From Polaromonas sp. (GTDB lineage Bacteria; Pseudomonadota; Gammaproteobacteria; Burkholderiales; Burkholderiaceae_C): a stretch of 64,000 nucleotides of DNA. The stretch is taken from contig JANLPQ010000056.1 in assembly GCA_031367325.1 (NCBI GenBank), positions 2,743 through 66,742 on the forward strand. The letters run 5' to 3'. Positions within the stretch are counted from its first letter, which is position 1. The number at the start of each line of letters is the position of its first letter. Below are positions 1 through 13,039 of the stretch, in pieces. The notes beneath the pieces are model-generated. The model was not told the origin of the DNA, searched no databases, and worked only from the letters and a program-made list of their open reading frames with translations. The position numbers and the translations under genes are program-made.

Positions 1-115
1 ATGGCGGTCCCGCTGGAAAAGGTTAAACCCTAGAACAGTTGATCGCTGAAGATGGGCGCAAATAGTAGGGTGGTTGATAAGCTGCTTAGAAATTTGCAAA
101 TTAAGGAGAAAGACT

Positions 116-610
116 TTGAGTCTCAATCGCAGTGAGAAACAAGCCGTCATTGAAGAAGTGACCGGACTCGCAGCAAAAGCTCAAACGCTTGTGATGGCGG
201 AGTACCGTGGTATCACGGTCGCTGACATGACCAAGTTGCGTGTAGACGCGCGTAGCAAAGGCGTAACGCTCAGTGTGTTGAAAAACACTCTGGCACGCCG
301 TGCTATGGCCGGAAGCAGCTTCGAGATCGTGTCCGACCAGATGACCGGTCCGCTAATCTACGGTTTTTCTACCGATGCAGTGTCTGCCGCAAAAGTGGTA
401 GCAGACTTCGCGAAAACTAACGACAAGTTAGTAATTCGCGGTGGCGCATTCGGTGGTAAGGCTTTGGATGTGGATGGCGTTAAGCAATTGGCTAGTATCC
501 CTTCTCGCGAAGTGCTACTGGCGCAAATTTGCGGCTTGTTACAGTCGCCAATCGCGCGTACGGCACGTGTGCTGTTCGCTTTGGCTGAAAAGAAAACTGT
601 TGCTGCCTAA
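116..610 (+). CDS. rplJ: 50S ribosomal protein L10
   Basis: ORF 74..610. From [14 protein letters not shown] onward it is canonical L10. I place the start at TTG 116 (AGGAG at 104-108) rather than TTG 74. Followed by rplL-rpoB-rpoC. Confidence 0.93.
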   Translation: MSLNRSEKQAVIEEVTGLAAKAQTLVMAEYRGITVADMTKLRVDARSKGVTLSVLKNTLARRAMAGSSFEIVSDQMTGPLIYGFSTDAVSAAKVVADFAKTNDKLVIRGGAFGGKALDVDGVKQLASIPSREVLLAQICGLLQSPIARTARVLFALAEKKTVAA

Positions 611-652
611 AGCGGTGACCTTTGATCAACTGAAAACTTTTAGGAAATAAAA

Positions 653-1033
653 ATGGCATTCGATAAAGACGCATTTTTGACCACGCTAGATAGCATGTCG
701 GTCATGGAACTCAACGAACTGGTGAAAGCCATCGAAGAGAAATTTGGTGTAAGCGCTGCTGCTATGTCTGCTCCTGCAGCTGGTGGTGCAGCAGGCGGTG
801 GCGCTGCTGCTGCTGAAGAGAAGACCGAGTTCAACGTGATGCTTTTAGAAACTGGCGCTAACAAAGTGTCCGTGATTAAAGCAGTTCGTGAAATTACCGG
901 CTTGGGCCTGAAAGAAGCTAAAGACCTAGTTGACGGCGCACCTAAGGCTGTTAAAGAAGGCATGCCGAAGGCTGATGCTGAAGCAGCTAAGAAAAAGCTC
1001 GAAGAAGCTGGCGCTAAAGCTGAACTCAAGTAA
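653..1033 (+). CDS. rplL: 50S ribosomal protein L7/L12
   Basis: 126 aa. Starts MAFDKDAFL, has an Ala/Gly hinge and a C-terminal domain [16 protein letters not shown]...[14 protein letters not shown]. Confidence 0.97.
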   Translation: MAFDKDAFLTTLDSMSVMELNELVKAIEEKFGVSAAAMSAPAAGGAAGGGAAAAEEKTEFNVMLLETGANKVSVIKAVREITGLGLKEAKDLVDGAPKAVKEGMPKADAEAAKKKLEEAGAKAELK

Positions 1034-1045
1034 TTGAGTTTTTGT

Positions 1046-1085
1046 AAGGCTGGCGTCCCCAAAAGGCCGCCAGCCTTTGGTGTTT
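1046..1085 (+). terminator. rplL-rpoB intercistronic hairpin (attenuator-type partial terminator)
   Basis: Perfect 10 bp stem AAGGCTGGCG (1046-1055) / CGCCAGCCTT (1068-1077) followed by TGGTGTTT. It sits where the rplL-rpoB attenuator lies in other proteobacteria. Confidence 0.6.
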
Positions 1086-1327
1086 ATACACCACTACTTG
1101 TAGATGCCTAAATGTGTATCTACAAGAGGGCACAGAAAAGTACCGCAGGTCGATATTTTTCTGTGTTCTCTGACGTGACTGCAGAGACATTCTTGGTTCG
1201 GGCTTTGTGCAACGCAAAGTCGTCCGCCAACGGTTGGTAGTGGCCAACCGCCAAGGTTCATGGCATCTGTGATGGATGTTTATGAGCATGCCAGTCGCCT
1301 TTAGACCTCACCACACTCGGAGATCTC

Positions 1328-4300
1328 ATGGCCAACGCTACAAGCTATTCTTACACCGAACGCAAACGTATCCGAAAAAGTTTCGGTACGCGCGACGAAG
1401 TTCTTGAAATTCCATATCTGCTGCAAATGCAAAAAGACGCATATACCGTGTTTTTGCAGTCGGGCATTCCATCTCAAAAACGTATCGATGAGGGTTTGCA
1501 AGCTGCATTTACAGCTGCGTTCCCTATCGTCTCGCACAACGGTTTTGTTGAGATGAAATTCTTGGAGTACAACCTTGCTAAACCAGCTTTTGATGTACGC
1601 GAATGTCAAACACGTGGTTTAACATTCGGTTCTGCTGTTCGCGCACGCGTTCAGCTCATCATTTACGATCGCGAGTCTTCAACACCGCAATCGAAGGTTG
1701 TTAAAGAAGTTAAAGAGCAAGAAGTCTACATGGGCGAAGTACCCTTGATGACGGAAAAAGGCTCGTTTATTATCAACGGTACTGAGCGCGTGATCGTGTC
1801 GCAGTTGCATCGTTCTCCAGGCGTGTTCTTTGAGCACGATAAGGGCAAAACGCATAGTTCAGGCAAGCTGCTATTCTCGGCGCGAATTATTCCTTACCGT
1901 GGGTCATGGCTCGATTTTGAATTCGATCCCAAAGACGTGCTGTACTTCCGTGTAGACCGTCGACGCAAAATGCCAGTGACGATTTTGCTCAAGGCGATCG
2001 GCATGAATCCCGAGTCGATTTTGGCAAACTTTTTCGTGTTCGACAATTTCCGCCTAATGGACAGCGGCGCACAAATGGAATTTGTGTCTGAACGCTTACG
2101 TGGTGAAGTCGCACGTTTTGACGTGACCGACAAAGCAGGCAAAGTCATCATCGCCAAAGACAAGCGTGTCACCGCACGCCATACGCGTGAGCTGGAGCAG
2201 TCCGGCACCACACATATCAGCGTTCCGGAAGACTTTTTGGTCGGCCGAGTTATAGCACGCAACATCATCGACGCTGAAACAGGCGAAATCATTGCTAAAG
2301 CTAACGAAGAGTTGACGGAAGCGCTGCTGAAAAAACTCCGCCTGTCTGGTGTGAAAGATTTGCAGTGCATCTATACCAACGAACTCGATCAAGGCGCGTA
2401 CATGTCGCAAACGCTACGCGTTGACGAAACGGTGGACGATTTTGCTGCTCGTGTGGCTATCTACCGCATGATGCGTCCTGGTGAGCCACCTACAGAAGAC
2501 GCTGTGCAAGCACTCTTCCACCGTTTGTTCTATAACCCAGACACCTACGATTTATCGCGTGTGGGTCGCATGAAGTTCAACGCTAAAGTTGGTCGCAACG
2601 AATCTACTGGTGACATGGTACTGTCTAACGAAGACATCTTGTCGGTGGTGAAGATTTTGGTGGACCTGCGCAACGGCCGCGGTGAAGTGGATGATATTGA
2701 CCACCTAGGCAACCGCCGTGTGCGCTGTGTTGGCGAGCTGGCTGAAAACCAATATCGTACAGGTTTGGCACGTATCGAGAAAGCCGTGAAAGAGCGTTTG
2801 GGTCAGGCAGAGCAAGAGCCTCTGATGCCGCACGACTTGATTAACAGCAAGCCTATCTCCGCTGCACTTAAAGAGTTCTTTGGTGCATCGCAGTTGTCGC
2901 AGTTTATGGACCAAACCAACCCATTGTCTGAGATCACGCACAAGCGCCGTGTCTCGGCCCTTGGCCCTGGTGGCTTGACGCGTGAACGTGCAGGCTTTGA
3001 AGTGCGTGACGTGCACGTGACGCATTACGGTCGTGTTTGCCCTATTGAAACGCCGGAAGGCCCGAACATTGGCTTGATCAACTCTTTGGCGCTGTATGCG
3101 CGCTTGAACGAGTATGGCTTCATTGAGACACCATACCGCCGCGTGAAAGACAGTAAAGTTACCAGCGAAATTGATTATTTATCTGCTATCGAAGAAGGTA
3201 AATACGTTATAGCTCAAGCCAACACTGTTTTGGACAAAGATGGGCGTTTGACGGGCGAGTTAATTTCTGCACGTGACAAAGGTGAATCCATTTTGGTGGG
3301 TGCCGAAGCTATCCAGTACATGGACGTGTCGCCATCGCAAATAGTCTCAGTAGCAGCATCTTTGGTGCCGTTCTTGGAGCACGACGATGCTAACCGCGCG
3401 CTCATGGGCGCCAACATGCAGCGTCAAGCTGTGCCGATTCTGCGCCCTGAAAAAGCACTGGTAGGTACCGGTATTGAGCGTGTGTCTGCCATTGACTCGG
3501 GTACCGTGGTCACTGCAACCCGTGGTGGCGTGGTGGACTATGTCGACGCTACCCGTATCGTAGTGCGTGTCAACGACAAAGAAGCACAAGCAGGCGAAGT
3601 GGGCGTAGACATCTACAACCTCATTAAGTACCAGCGTTCTAACCAAAACACCAACATTCACCAGCGCCCTATCGTTCAACGCGGCGACAAGATTGCCAAG
3701 GGTGATGTGGTGGCTGACGGCGCATCAACTGACTTGGGTGAACTGGCCTTGGGCCAGAACATGCTGGTCGCTTTCATGCCGTGGAACGGCTATAACTTCG
3801 AAGACTCGATTTTGATCAGTGAGCGCGTGGTATCGGAAGATCGCTACACGTCAATCCATATCGAAGAACTCGTGGTCATGGCGCGCGACACCAAGCTGGG
3901 AGCCGAAGAAATTACGCGCGATATTCCTAACCTGTCTGAGCAGCAGCTCAACCGTTTGGACGAGTCAGGCATCATCTACGTGGGTGCAGAAGTGCAACCT
4001 GGCGATACTTTGGTTGGTAAGGTCACGCCTAAAGGCGAGACCACACTCACACCAGAGGAAAAATTATTGCGCGCCATCTTTGGTGAAAAAGCCAGCGATG
4101 TGAAAGATACCTCGCTACGCGTAGATCAAGGCTCACAAGGTACTGTGATTGACGTTCAGGTCTTCACCCGTGAAGGCATAGTGCGCGACAAGCGTGCACA
4201 GCAAATTATCGATGATGAGCTCAAGCGTTTCCGTTTGGACTTGAACGATCAGCTGCGCATTGTCGAAGCCGATGCATTTGACCGTATTGCCAAGTTACTA

Positions 4301-5452
4301 GACGGCAAAGTTGCTAACGGTGGCCCAGCCAAGTTGGCCAAGGGTACTAAGATCGACAAAGCCTATTTGGCTTCTGTAGAAAAGTACCACTGGTTTGATG
4401 TACGCCCAGCGGACGAAGAAGCGGCTAACCAGCTTGAGTCGATTAAAAATTCACTCGAGCAGACACGCCACAGTTTCGATCTGGCTTTTGAAGAAAAGCG
4501 CAAGAAATTAACCCAAGGTGATGAGTTGCCAGCAGGCGTACTCAAGATGGTCAAAGTCTACTTGGCAGTCAAGCGTCGCTTGCAGCCCGGTGACAAGATG
4601 GCCGGCCGCCACGGTAACAAAGGCGTGGTGTCTAAGATCGTTCCGGTTGAAGACATGCCCTACATGGCCGACGGCACACCGTGCGATATCGTGTTGAACC
4701 CATTAGGCGTGCCATCGCGCATGAACGTGGGGCAGGTGCTAGAAGTGCACTTGGGCTGGGCAGGCAAAGGCATCGGCCAGCGCATCGGCGATATGCTGCA
4801 AGCTGAGGCGAAAACTGCTGAGCTGCGTAAGTATCTTGAAGGTGTGTACAACGCTTCAGGCCGTAAAGAAGATCTGAGCAAATTGGCTGACAGCGAAGTC
4901 ACCGAAATGGCACAGAACTTAACCAGCGGCATGCCATTTGCAACCCCGGTGTTTGACGGTGCATCCGAAGAAGAAATTCGCACGATGCTGAAATTGGGTT
5001 ACCCCGATGCCGTGGCGCAAGTCAAAGGCCTCACCGCTACACGCACCCAGGCGCACTTATTCGATGGCCGCACAGGCGATCAGTTTGAACGTCCTGTCAC
5101 GGTGGGTTACATGCATGTACTGAAGTTGCACCACTTGGTCGACGACAAAATGCACGCCCGCTCTACTGGCCCCTACAGCTTGGTCACGCAGCAACCGCTG
5201 GGCGGCAAAGCGCAGTTTGGTGGTCAGCGTTTTGGCGAGATGGAGGTATGGGCGCTAGAAGCATATGGCGCTGCTTACACCTTGCAAGAAATGCTAACTG
5301 TTAAATCCGACGACGTGCAAGGCCGTACCAAGGTGTACGAAAGCATCGTCAAAGGTGAACACACCATTACCGCGGGCATGCCCGAATCGTTCAACGTCTT
5401 GGTCAAGGAAATTCGTTCCTTGGGCATTGATATTGAACTAGAACGTTCTTAA
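1328..5452 (+). CDS. rpoB: DNA-directed RNA polymerase subunit beta
   Basis: 1374 aa ORF with hallmark beta-subunit blocks ([27 protein letters not shown]), upstream of rpoC. Confidence 0.99.
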   Translation: MANATSYSYTERKRIRKSFGTRDEVLEIPYLLQMQKDAYTVFLQSGIPSQKRIDEGLQAAFTAAFPIVSHNGFVEMKFLEYNLAKPAFDVRECQTRGLTFGSAVRARVQLIIYDRESSTPQSKVVKEVKEQEVYMGEVPLMTEKGSFIINGTERVIVSQLHRSPGVFFEHDKGKTHSSGKLLFSARIIPYRGSWLDFEFDPKDVLYFRVDRRRKMPVTILLKAIGMNPESILANFFVFDNFRLMDSGAQMEFVSERLRGEVARFDVTDKAGKVIIAKDKRVTARHTRELEQSGTTHISVPEDFLVGRVIARNIIDAETGEIIAKANEELTEALLKKLRLSGVKDLQCIYTNELDQGAYMSQTLRVDETVDDFAARVAIYRMMRPGEPPTEDAVQALFHRLFYNPDTYDLSRVGRMKFNAKVGRNESTGDMVLSNEDILSVVKILVDLRNGRGEVDDIDHLGNRRVRCVGELAENQYRTGLARIEKAVKERLGQAEQEPLMPHDLINSKPISAALKEFFGASQLSQFMDQTNPLSEITHKRRVSALGPGGLTRERAGFEVRDVHVTHYGRVCPIETPEGPNIGLINSLALYARLNEYGFIETPYRRVKDSKVTSEIDYLSAIEEGKYVIAQANTVLDKDGRLTGELISARDKGESILVGAEAIQYMDVSPSQIVSVAASLVPFLEHDDANRALMGANMQRQAVPILRPEKALVGTGIERVSAIDSGTVVTATRGGVVDYVDATRIVVRVNDKEAQAGEVGVDIYNLIKYQRSNQNTNIHQRPIVQRGDKIAKGDVVADGASTDLGELALGQNMLVAFMPWNGYNFEDSILISERVVSEDRYTSIHIEELVVMARDTKLGAEEITRDIPNLSEQQLNRLDESGIIYVGAEVQPGDTLVGKVTPKGETTLTPEEKLLRAIFGEKASDVKDTSLRVDQGSQGTVIDVQVFTREGIVRDKRAQQIIDDELKRFRLDLNDQLRIVEADAFDRIAKLLDGKVANGGPAKLAKGTKIDKAYLASVEKYHWFDVRPADEEAANQLESIKNSLEQTRHSFDLAFEEKRKKLTQGDELPAGVLKMVKVYLAVKRRLQPGDKMAGRHGNKGVVSKIVPVEDMPYMADGTPCDIVLNPLGVPSRMNVGQVLEVHLGWAGKGIGQRIGDMLQAEAKTAELRKYLEGVYNASGRKEDLSKLADSEVTEMAQNLTSGMPFATPVFDGASEEEIRTMLKLGYPDAVAQVKGLTATRTQAHLFDGRTGDQFERPVTVGYMHVLKLHHLVDDKMHARSTGPYSLVTQQPLGGKAQFGGQRFGEMEVWALEAYGAAYTLQEMLTVKSDDVQGRTKVYESIVKGEHTITAGMPESFNVLVKEIRSLGIDIELERS

Positions 5453-5473
5453 TTCAGAAGGGAAAGAATCACT

Positions 5474-8400
5474 ATGAAATCTTTACTCGACTTATTCAAA
5501 CAATTTACACCGGATGAGCATTTTGATGCGATCCGTATTGGTATTGCATCTCCGGAAAAAATTCGCTCATGGTCTTTTGGCGAAGTCAAAAAACCTGAGA
5601 CGATCAACTACCGTACCTTCAAGCCTGAGCGTGATGGTTTGTTTTGCGCCAAAATTTTTGGCCCTATCAAAGACTATGAATGCTTGTGCGGTAAGTACAA
5701 ACGTCTCAAGCACCGTGGGGTGATCTGCGAGAAGTGCGGCGTTGAAGTCACACAAACCAAAGTGCGTCGTGAACGTATGGGCCACATCGACCTGGCTGCG
5801 CCTTGCGCGCACATTTGGTTCTTGAAGTCATTGCCATCGCGTTTGGGCCTAGTGCTCGATATGACCTTGCGTGATATTGAACGTGTCTTGTATTTCGAGG
5901 CATACGTTGTTACCGATCCAGGCATGACACCGTTGAAGAAATTCAGCATCATGACTGAAGATGATTTCGATGCCAAAGAAAAAGAATACGGCGATGAGTT
6001 CACCGCCAAAATGGGCGCTGAGGGCATACAAGAACTGTTGGCCGGTATTGACCTCGACTCTGAGATCGAAAAACTGCGCAACGACCTGACCGGCTCGGAA
6101 GTCAAGATCAAGAAAAACGCCAAGCGTCTTAAAGTACTCGAAGCGTTTAAAAAATCTGGCATGAAGCCTCAGTGGATGGTGATGGAAGTACTGCCTGTAC
6201 TGCCGCCAGATCTGCGTCCGTTGGTGCCCCTGGATGGTGGCCGTTTTGCGACGTCTGACCTGAACGATCTGTACCGCCGTGTGATCAACCGCAACAGCCG
6301 TCTGCGCCGTTTGCTAGAGCTGAAAGCACCCGAGATCATTGCACGCAACGAAAAGCGCATGCTGCAAGAAGCCGTAGATAGTTTGCTAGACAACGGCCGT
6401 CGGGGTAAAGCGATGACTGGTGCTAACAAGCGTACGCTCAAATCCTTGGCCGACATGATCAAAGGCAAGAGCGGTCGTTTCCGTCAGAACTTGCTGGGCA
6501 AGCGCGTGGACTACTCTGGTCGCTCCGTGATCGTGGTGGGCCCTACGCTCAAACTGCACCAGTGCGGTTTACCTAAGCTGATGGCGCTTGAGCTATTCAA
6601 ACCCTTCATCTTTTCGCGTTTAGAAGCCATGGGTATTGCTACCACCATCAAGGCTGCTAAGAAAGAAGTTGAATCTGGTACGCCTGTAGTGTGGGACATT
6701 TTGGAAGAGGTGATTAAAGAGCACCCCGTGATGTTGAACCGTGCGCCTACTTTGCACCGCTTAGGCATTCAGGCATTCGAGCCAATTTTGATCGAAGGCA
6801 AGGCCATTCAGCTGCATCCCTTGGTGTGTTCTGCGTTTAACGCCGACTTTGACGGTGACCAAATGGCCGTGCACGTACCTTTGTCTGTGGAAGCGCAGAT
6901 GGAGTGCCGCGCACTGATGCTGGCGTCTAACAACATCATCTTCCCTGCGTCGGGCGAGCCATCCATTGTGCCGTCGCAAGACGTGGTGCTGGGCTTGTAC
7001 TACACCACGCGCGACCGTATCAACGGCAAGGGTGAGGGTTTGATCTTCTCCGACATTGGCGAGGTGCTGCGTGCACTGGATGCCAAGCAAGTGGAACTAA
7101 CAGCCAAAATTGCAGTGCGTATTACTGAGTACACCAAGAACAAAGAGACGGGTGAATTTACCCCGTCAACTAAGTTGGTGGACACCACAGTAGGTCGCGC
7201 GTTGTTGTCAGAAATCTTGCCTAAAGGCTTGCCTTTCTCCAACATCAATAAGGCACTCAAGAAGAAAGAAATTTCCAAACTGATCAACGTCTCTTTCCGT
7301 AAGTGCGGATTGAAAGAAACTGTGGTGTTTGCTGACAAGCTGCTGCAAAGCGGTTTCCGCTTGGCAACACAAGCAGGCATTTCTATTGCGATTGACGACA
7401 TGTTGGTGCCTAAAGAAAAGCAAAGCATCATTGACCGCGCAGAAAAAGAAGTCAAAGAAATTGCTAATCAATACTCATCAGGCTTAGTGACCGCAGGTGA
7501 GCGCTACAACAAAGTAGTGGACATTTGGGGTAAAGCGGGAGATGAAGTATCCAAAGTGATGATGGCCCAACTGTCTAAAGAAATGACCACGGACCGTCAT
7601 GGTAAGCAAGTTGAGCAAGAGTCGTTTAACTCCATTTACATGATGGCCGACTCTGGCGCACGCGGTTCTGCTGCGCAGATTCGCCAGGTGGCAGGTATGC
7701 GCGGTTTGATGGCCAAGCCAGATGGCTCGATCATTGAAACGCCTATTACCGCTAACTTCCGTGAAGGCTTGAATGTGCTGGAGTACTTTATCTCCACCCA
7801 CGGTGCACGCAAAGGCTTGGCCGACACAGCGCTGAAAACCGCTAACTCGGGCTACCTCACACGCCGCTTATGCGATGTGGTACACGATTTGGTAGTCACT
7901 GAACTAGATTGCGGCACGCAAGAAGGCCAAGTCATGCGCGCTATCGTCGAAGGCGGCGAAGTGATTGAGTCGTTGCGTGACCGCATCTTGGGTCGCACGG
8001 CAATCGACGATATTTTGCATCCGGAAAATCGTTCGGTACTGGTCAAAGCAGGTCAAATGCTCGAAGAAGACGAGATTGACGAAATCGAAGCAACTGGCCT
8101 AGACGAAGTGAAAGTACGTACCGTGCTGAACTGCGAGACGCGCTATGGCCTGTGCGCTAAGTGCTACGGGCGAGATTTGGGCCGTGGTGGTTTGATCAAT
8201 AACGGCGAAGCAGTAGGTATTATTGCAGCGCAGTCGATCGGCGAGCCAGGCACCCAGCTGACCATGCGTACCTTCCACATCGGTGGCGCAGCGTCGCGTG
8301 CCTCCATTGCCTCTAGCGTAGAAGCTAAGAGCAACGGCGTGATTGGATTTAACGCTACTATGCGCTACGTGACCAACAGCAAGAAAGACTTGGTCGTGAT

Positions 8401-9688
8401 TGCGCGTTCGGGCGAGATTGTCATCAGTGACGATAACGGTCGTGAGCGCGAGCGTCACAAGGTGCCGTACGGCGCAGTGTTGACGGTGAAGGCCGATCAG
8501 CAGATCAAAGCGGGCGCAATTTTGGCTAACTGGGATCCACTGACACGCCCCATCATTACCGAGTTTGCAGGTAAGGCAAAGTTTGAGAACGTAGAAGAAG
8601 GCCTCACTGTAGCCAAGCAGGTTGACGATGTCACCGGCTTGTCTACTATGGTGGTCATCGATCCTAAGCGCCGCGGCGCGACCAAGATCGTGCGTCCGCA
8701 AATCAAACTGATTGATGCATCGGGTAACGAAGTGAAGATCCCGGGCACTGACCACTCAGTGACTATTGGTTTCCAGGTCGGCTCGCTGATCCAGGTGCGT
8801 GATGGCCAAGACGTAGGTCCTGGCGAGGTGCTGGCACGTATTCCGGTCGAAGGCCAGAAGACGCGTGACATTACCGGCGGCTTGCCACGTGTGGCCGAAC
8901 TGTTTGAAGCTCGCTCGCCTAAAGACAAAGGCATGCTGGCTGAGATGACCGGTACCGTGTCGTTTGGTAAAGAGACTAAAGGCAAAGTACGCTTGCAGAT
9001 CACCGACCCAGAAGGCAAAGTGTGGGACGAGCTGATTCCAAAAGAGAAAAGCATTCTTGTGCACGAAGGCCAAGTGGTCAACAAAGGCGAGAGCGTAGTT
9101 GACGGCCCAGCTGACCCGCAAGACATTCTGCGCCTGCTAGGTGTAGAAGAGCTGGCCCGCTATGTGGTGGACGAAGTGCAAGACGTGTACCGCTTGCAAG
9201 GCGTGAAGATCAACGACAAACACATTGAGGTGATTGTGCGTCAGATGCTGCGCCGTGTCGTGGTAGAGAACGCAGGCGATTCAAGCTACATCAATGGCGA
9301 GCAAGTTGAGCGCTCTGAGATGCTGGACAAGAACGATGCATTGCGTGCTGATGGCAAGCTGCCTGTAACGTACACCAACTTGCTGCTGGGTATTACCAAG
9401 GCATCGCTGTCGACCGACAGCTTTATCTCTGCCGCGTCGTTCCAAGAGACCACCCGTGTGCTGACCGAGGCTGCCATTATGGGCAAGCGCGATACGCTGC
9501 GCGGTCTGAAGGAAAACGTGATTGTGGGTCGTTTGATTCCTGCAGGTACCGGTATCGCGTACCACAACGCACGCAAAGCCAAAGAGTCTATGGACGAGGC
9601 CGAGCGTCACGCGATTGCCGAGTCTGAAGCCGCAGAGCTGGCAGGCAGCACGTCGGAAGAAGTTGCACCGTCAGAAGCTGCCGAGTAA
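5474..9688 (+). CDS. rpoC: DNA-directed RNA polymerase subunit beta prime
   Basis: 1404 aa ORF with N-terminal zinc-binding cysteines, the NADFDGD catalytic motif and the trigger-loop region. Confidence 0.99.
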   Translation: MKSLLDLFKQFTPDEHFDAIRIGIASPEKIRSWSFGEVKKPETINYRTFKPERDGLFCAKIFGPIKDYECLCGKYKRLKHRGVICEKCGVEVTQTKVRRERMGHIDLAAPCAHIWFLKSLPSRLGLVLDMTLRDIERVLYFEAYVVTDPGMTPLKKFSIMTEDDFDAKEKEYGDEFTAKMGAEGIQELLAGIDLDSEIEKLRNDLTGSEVKIKKNAKRLKVLEAFKKSGMKPQWMVMEVLPVLPPDLRPLVPLDGGRFATSDLNDLYRRVINRNSRLRRLLELKAPEIIARNEKRMLQEAVDSLLDNGRRGKAMTGANKRTLKSLADMIKGKSGRFRQNLLGKRVDYSGRSVIVVGPTLKLHQCGLPKLMALELFKPFIFSRLEAMGIATTIKAAKKEVESGTPVVWDILEEVIKEHPVMLNRAPTLHRLGIQAFEPILIEGKAIQLHPLVCSAFNADFDGDQMAVHVPLSVEAQMECRALMLASNNIIFPASGEPSIVPSQDVVLGLYYTTRDRINGKGEGLIFSDIGEVLRALDAKQVELTAKIAVRITEYTKNKETGEFTPSTKLVDTTVGRALLSEILPKGLPFSNINKALKKKEISKLINVSFRKCGLKETVVFADKLLQSGFRLATQAGISIAIDDMLVPKEKQSIIDRAEKEVKEIANQYSSGLVTAGERYNKVVDIWGKAGDEVSKVMMAQLSKEMTTDRHGKQVEQESFNSIYMMADSGARGSAAQIRQVAGMRGLMAKPDGSIIETPITANFREGLNVLEYFISTHGARKGLADTALKTANSGYLTRRLCDVVHDLVVTELDCGTQEGQVMRAIVEGGEVIESLRDRILGRTAIDDILHPENRSVLVKAGQMLEEDEIDEIEATGLDEVKVRTVLNCETRYGLCAKCYGRDLGRGGLINNGEAVGIIAAQSIGEPGTQLTMRTFHIGGAASRASIASSVEAKSNGVIGFNATMRYVTNSKKDLVVIARSGEIVISDDNGRERERHKVPYGAVLTVKADQQIKAGAILANWDPLTRPIITEFAGKAKFENVEEGLTVAKQVDDVTGLSTMVVIDPKRRGATKIVRPQIKLIDASGNEVKIPGTDHSVTIGFQVGSLIQVRDGQDVGPGEVLARIPVEGQKTRDITGGLPRVAELFEARSPKDKGMLAEMTGTVSFGKETKGKVRLQITDPEGKVWDELIPKEKSILVHEGQVVNKGESVVDGPADPQDILRLLGVEELARYVVDEVQDVYRLQGVKINDKHIEVIVRQMLRRVVVENAGDSSYINGEQVERSEMLDKNDALRADGKLPVTYTNLLLGITKASLSTDSFISAASFQETTRVLTEAAIMGKRDTLRGLKENVIVGRLIPAGTGIAYHNARKAKESMDEAERHAIAESEAAELAGSTSEEVAPSEAAE

Positions 9689-9760
9689 TACGCAGATACC
9701 CCCGCACAAGCAATACATATGTTTTGCTGGTGCGGCCAAGTCACTACTCAGCTCATAAAA

Positions 9761-9794
9761 TAGCGCCTTGCCAAAAGCAAGGCGCTATTTTTTT
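9761..9794. terminator. Rho-independent terminator shared by convergent rpoC and uvrA
   Basis: 11 bp stem TAGCGCCTTGC / GCAAGGCGCTA, loop CAAAA, then T7 on the plus strand and an A4 run on the other side. Confidence 0.85.
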
Positions 9795-9840
9795 AATAGC
9801 TGCTTGAGCATGTTCTACGGCCTAGAAGCACTAAAACACT
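9794..9840 (+). repeat. Dual-palindrome intergenic repeat, copy A (left palindrome truncated)
   Basis: TAATAGCTGCTTGAGCATGTTCTACGGCCTAGAAGCACTAAAACACT matches copies B-F. Confidence 0.8.
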
Positions 9841-9877
9841 GCGAATTTTGGTACTTCTAGGCATGGAGAACGGCTAT

Positions 9878-12800
9878 TCATGCAACTGGCAGCAAGCGCT
9901 TTAAATAGCGACCCGTGTGGCTGGCCTCATTGGCCGCTACGTCTTCTGGTGTGCCCACTGCCACTACGGTACCGCCGCCGTCGCCACCCTCTGGGCCCAT
10001 GTCTATCAGCCAGTCAGCAGTTTTGATAACGTCTAGGTTGTGTTCGATGATGACGATGGTATTACCTGCATCACGCAAATGCTGCAGTACTTTGAGCAGC
10101 AGTTCAATGTCGGCAAAGTGCAGGCCCGTGGTGGGTTCGTCCAAGATGTAAAGCGTGCGGCCCGTGTCGCGTTTGCTCAACTCCAGCGCCAGCTTCACGC
10201 GCTGCGCCTCACCGCCAGACAAGGTAGTGGCCGCTTGGCCTAGCTTGATGTACGACAGGCCCACGTCGAGCAGGGTTTGCAGTTTGCGTGCAATGGTGGG
10301 CACGGCTTTAAAAAACTCGTGCGCTGCTTCTACCGTGAGGTCGAGCACCTGCCAAATATTTTTGCCTTTGTACAACACCTCTAGTGTTTCGCGGTTGTAG
10401 CGCGCACCTTTGCATACATCGCAGGGCACGTACACGTCAGGCAAAAAGTGCATTTCTACTTTCACCATGCCATCGCCTTGGCAGGCTTCGCACCGCCCGC
10501 CGGCTACGTTAAAGCTAAAACGCCCCGGGCCGTAGCCACGCTCGCGTGCCATGGGCACATCGGCCAGCAGCTCGCGGATGGGGGTGAACAAGCCGGTGTA
10601 AGTGGCTGGGTTGCTGCGCGGCGTGCGGCCAATCGGCGACTGGTCTACGTTGATGACTTTGTCAAAATGTTCAATGCCTTGAATCTCCTCGTGCGCTGCA
10701 GGCTCGTCATGCGCCCGATACAACGACTTGGCAACCGCTGAATACAGCGTGTCATTAACCAAAGTAGATTTGCCGGAGCCCGACACACCCGTCACGCAGG
10801 TGAGCAGGCCCACAGGAAACTGCGCATCTACATTACGCAAATTATTGCCAGTCGCGTTCAAAATGCGAATGGCTTGCATGTCGCCTTGTGTGGCCAGGTG
10901 GTGCGCATTGCGTTCTGCCCAAGCCAGCGCTTGGCGGCTAGGCGCAGCCTTGTGTTTAGATGCTGTAGATTTTTTGGTCGGTGCAGCAATAGGTTTGACA
11001 GTAGGCAACCATTTGTGGCGCTTGGTAGGTATGGGGATGCTGCGTGCACCGCTCATGTACTGGCCAGTCAGAGAAGCTGGGTTAGCCTGCACTTCGTCAG
11101 GCGTGCCTTGCGCCAGCACGCGCCCGCCGTGCACGCCTGCACCAGGGCCTAGGTCAATCACGTGGTCGGCAGCGCGAATCATGTCTTCATCGTGCTCTAC
11201 CACCAGTACGCTGTTACCAATATTGCGCAGGTGCTTTAGCGTGTCAATCAATCGGTCATTGTCGCGCTGGTGCAGTCCGATACTGGGCTCATCCAGCACA
11301 TACATCACGCCGGTCAAGCCACTGCCAATTTGCGAGGCCAAGCGAATACGCTGCGACTCGCCACCGCTTAAGGTTTCGGCGCTACGATTTAAGCTTAGGT
11401 AGTTCAAACCCACGTCGTTTAAAAATTTCAAGCGAGCTGCAATTTCGCTGATCACTTTACTGGCAATCTCAGCCTTGGCACCTTGCAGCTTGAGCGTAGA
11501 AAAATAGGCGTAGCATTCGCGCAAAGTAGAGGCGCTGATTTCGTACAAGCGCTTGGCCTGTGGACCTTCGCCCAGCTTCACGCTACGCGCCTCGCGGCGC
11601 AGGCGTGTGCCCTCGCAGCTCACGCACGCCTGCACGCTGCGATAGCGCGCTAGATCTTCGCGCACGATGACCGAATCTGTCTCCGCATAACGGCGCTGCA
11701 TATTGGGAATGATGCCTTCGAACGGATGCTTTTTAGTGATCTTCTTGCCCTGTGATGCGCCAGATTCCATCGTGTAGTTGAACTTAATCTCTTCGTCGCC
11801 GCTGCCTACCAGCATAGCCAGTTGCACTTTTTCGTCCAGATCTTCAAACGGCTTTTCAATGTCTGCGCCGTAGTGCTTGGCTACGCTTTCTAGCATGCTG
11901 AAGTAGTAGCCGTTGCGCCGGTCCCAGCCCTTCACTGCACCGCTGGCCAAGCTGAGCGAAGGGAAGGCCACCACGCGTGCTGGGTCAAAAAACTCCATCG
12001 TGCCCAGGCCGTCACACGTAGGGCAGGCACCCACTGGCGAGTTAAATGAGAACAGGCGTGGCTCTAGCTCGCTGATGGAATAGCTGCAGATAGGGCAGGC
12101 AAATTTGGCGTTGAACAAATGCTCAACGTTGCTGTCCATTTCTAGCGCAATGGCGCGGCCCTCGGCCAAGCGCAGCGCCGCTTCAAAGCTCTCGGCCAAG
12201 CGTTGTTTCATCTCGGGCTTGGTCTTTAAGCGGTCCACCACCACGTCAATGTCGTGCTTCTCGGCCTTCTTAAGTTTAGGCAGCGCGTCAAACTCTACCA
12301 GCGCTGCATCGGCACCGCGCCCTATGCGAAATCGCACATAGCCGCGTGCTTGCATGTCTTCAAACACGTCAATAAACTCGCCCTTTTTCTCGCGCGCAAT
12401 CGGCGCAAGGATCATCAGCTTAGTGTCTTCAGGCAGCGCCAGTACCGCGTCCACCATTTGCGACACGGTTTGTGCCTTCAGCGGCACGTCGTGGTCTGGG
12501 CAGTGCGGCGTACCTGCGCGGGCAAACAGCAGGCGCAGGTAGTCGTGGATCTCGGTCACAGTGCCTACTGTAGATCGTGGGTTATGGCTGGTAGCTTTTT
12601 GCTCAATCGAAATCGCAGGCGACAGGCCTTCAATTACATCGACATCGGGCTTGTCCATCAGCTGCAAAAATTGCCGTGCGTAGGTTGACAAGCTCTCCAC
12701 GTAACGGCGCTGGCCTTCAGCGTACAGCGTGTCAAACGCCAGCGACGATTTACCCGACCCCGACAAACCCGTAATAACCACCAACTGGTTACGCGGAATA

Positions 12801-12913
12801 TCCAAGTCAATATTTTTAAGGTTGTGCGTGCGCGCACCGCGAATTGAGATTTGCTGGAGCGCCAGCGATCCTAAATATTTACCGTCAGTAGAAGTATTCA
12901 CAGCCACAGCCAA
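9878..12913 (-). CDS. uvrA: Excinuclease ABC subunit A
   Basis: 1011 aa with two ABC modules (Walker [10 protein letters not shown] and GVSGSGKST, two LSGGE signatures) and zinc-finger cysteine clusters. Confidence 0.98.
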   Translation of the reverse strand: MAVAVNTSTDGKYLGSLALQQISIRGARTHNLKNIDLDIPRNQLVVITGLSGSGKSSLAFDTLYAEGQRRYVESLSTYARQFLQLMDKPDVDVIEGLSPAISIEQKATSHNPRSTVGTVTEIHDYLRLLFARAGTPHCPDHDVPLKAQTVSQMVDAVLALPEDTKLMILAPIAREKKGEFIDVFEDMQARGYVRFRIGRGADAALVEFDALPKLKKAEKHDIDVVVDRLKTKPEMKQRLAESFEAALRLAEGRAIALEMDSNVEHLFNAKFACPICSYSISELEPRLFSFNSPVGACPTCDGLGTMEFFDPARVVAFPSLSLASGAVKGWDRRNGYYFSMLESVAKHYGADIEKPFEDLDEKVQLAMLVGSGDEEIKFNYTMESGASQGKKITKKHPFEGIIPNMQRRYAETDSVIVREDLARYRSVQACVSCEGTRLRREARSVKLGEGPQAKRLYEISASTLRECYAYFSTLKLQGAKAEIASKVISEIAARLKFLNDVGLNYLSLNRSAETLSGGESQRIRLASQIGSGLTGVMYVLDEPSIGLHQRDNDRLIDTLKHLRNIGNSVLVVEHDEDMIRAADHVIDLGPGAGVHGGRVLAQGTPDEVQANPASLTGQYMSGARSIPIPTKRHKWLPTVKPIAAPTKKSTASKHKAAPSRQALAWAERNAHHLATQGDMQAIRILNATGNNLRNVDAQFPVGLLTCVTGVSGSGKSTLVNDTLYSAVAKSLYRAHDEPAAHEEIQGIEHFDKVINVDQSPIGRTPRSNPATYTGLFTPIRELLADVPMARERGYGPGRFSFNVAGGRCEACQGDGMVKVEMHFLPDVYVPCDVCKGARYNRETLEVLYKGKNIWQVLDLTVEAAHEFFKAVPTIARKLQTLLDVGLSYIKLGQAATTLSGGEAQRVKLALELSKRDTGRTLYILDEPTTGLHFADIELLLKVLQHLRDAGNTIVIIEHNLDVIKTADWLIDMGPEGGDGGGTVVAVGTPEDVAANEASHTGRYLKRLLPVA

Positions 12914-13039
12914 ATTGAGAACAACCTAGCATCATAGCCCGAAGGTGCAGTAGGCGCATGCGCTGGTTCATTGGTTGCCACCAGTTCGCAGACAATAGCG
13001 GGTTGCTGCCTGTTGGTGGCTGATTTGTAAGCCATTATT

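Noticed and set aside
74-115. Upstream TTG start for rplJ (ORF track start at 74), and possible rplA 3' end or L10 autoregulatory leader in 1-115
   Set aside because: The extension [14 protein letters not shown] is not L10-like and would bury the AGGAG RBS. I cannot verify an rplA C-terminus or a leader structure from 115 nt, so neither is reported as a feature.
1026-1609. Minus-strand ORFs 1026..1289 and 1301..1609 in the rplL-rpoB spacer and rpoB 5' end
   Set aside because: They are antisense to a highly conserved operon, have no family resemblance, and occupy the known attenuator/leader region.
5567-9610. Numerous ORFs of 60-218 aa antisense to or overlapping rpoC (for example 8099..8755, 8497..9126, 7000..7455, 5674..6162), and similar ones in rpoB
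   Set aside because: They are shadow ORFs of long, GC-biased essential genes. The sequences are low-complexity and Arg/Ser/Ala-rich, with no motifs.
10728-11402. 224 aa plus-strand ORF and other plus-strand ORFs inside uvrA
   Set aside because: They are antisense shadows of uvrA with no recognisable domains.
12914-13039. Looked for a LexA/SOS box (CTGT-N8-ACAG) between divergent uvrA and the MFS gene, and upstream of ssb (14273-14442)
   Set aside because: No match found by eye. Only a GC hairpin CCACCCGC-N7-GCGGGTGG near 14359-14381, with no T-run.
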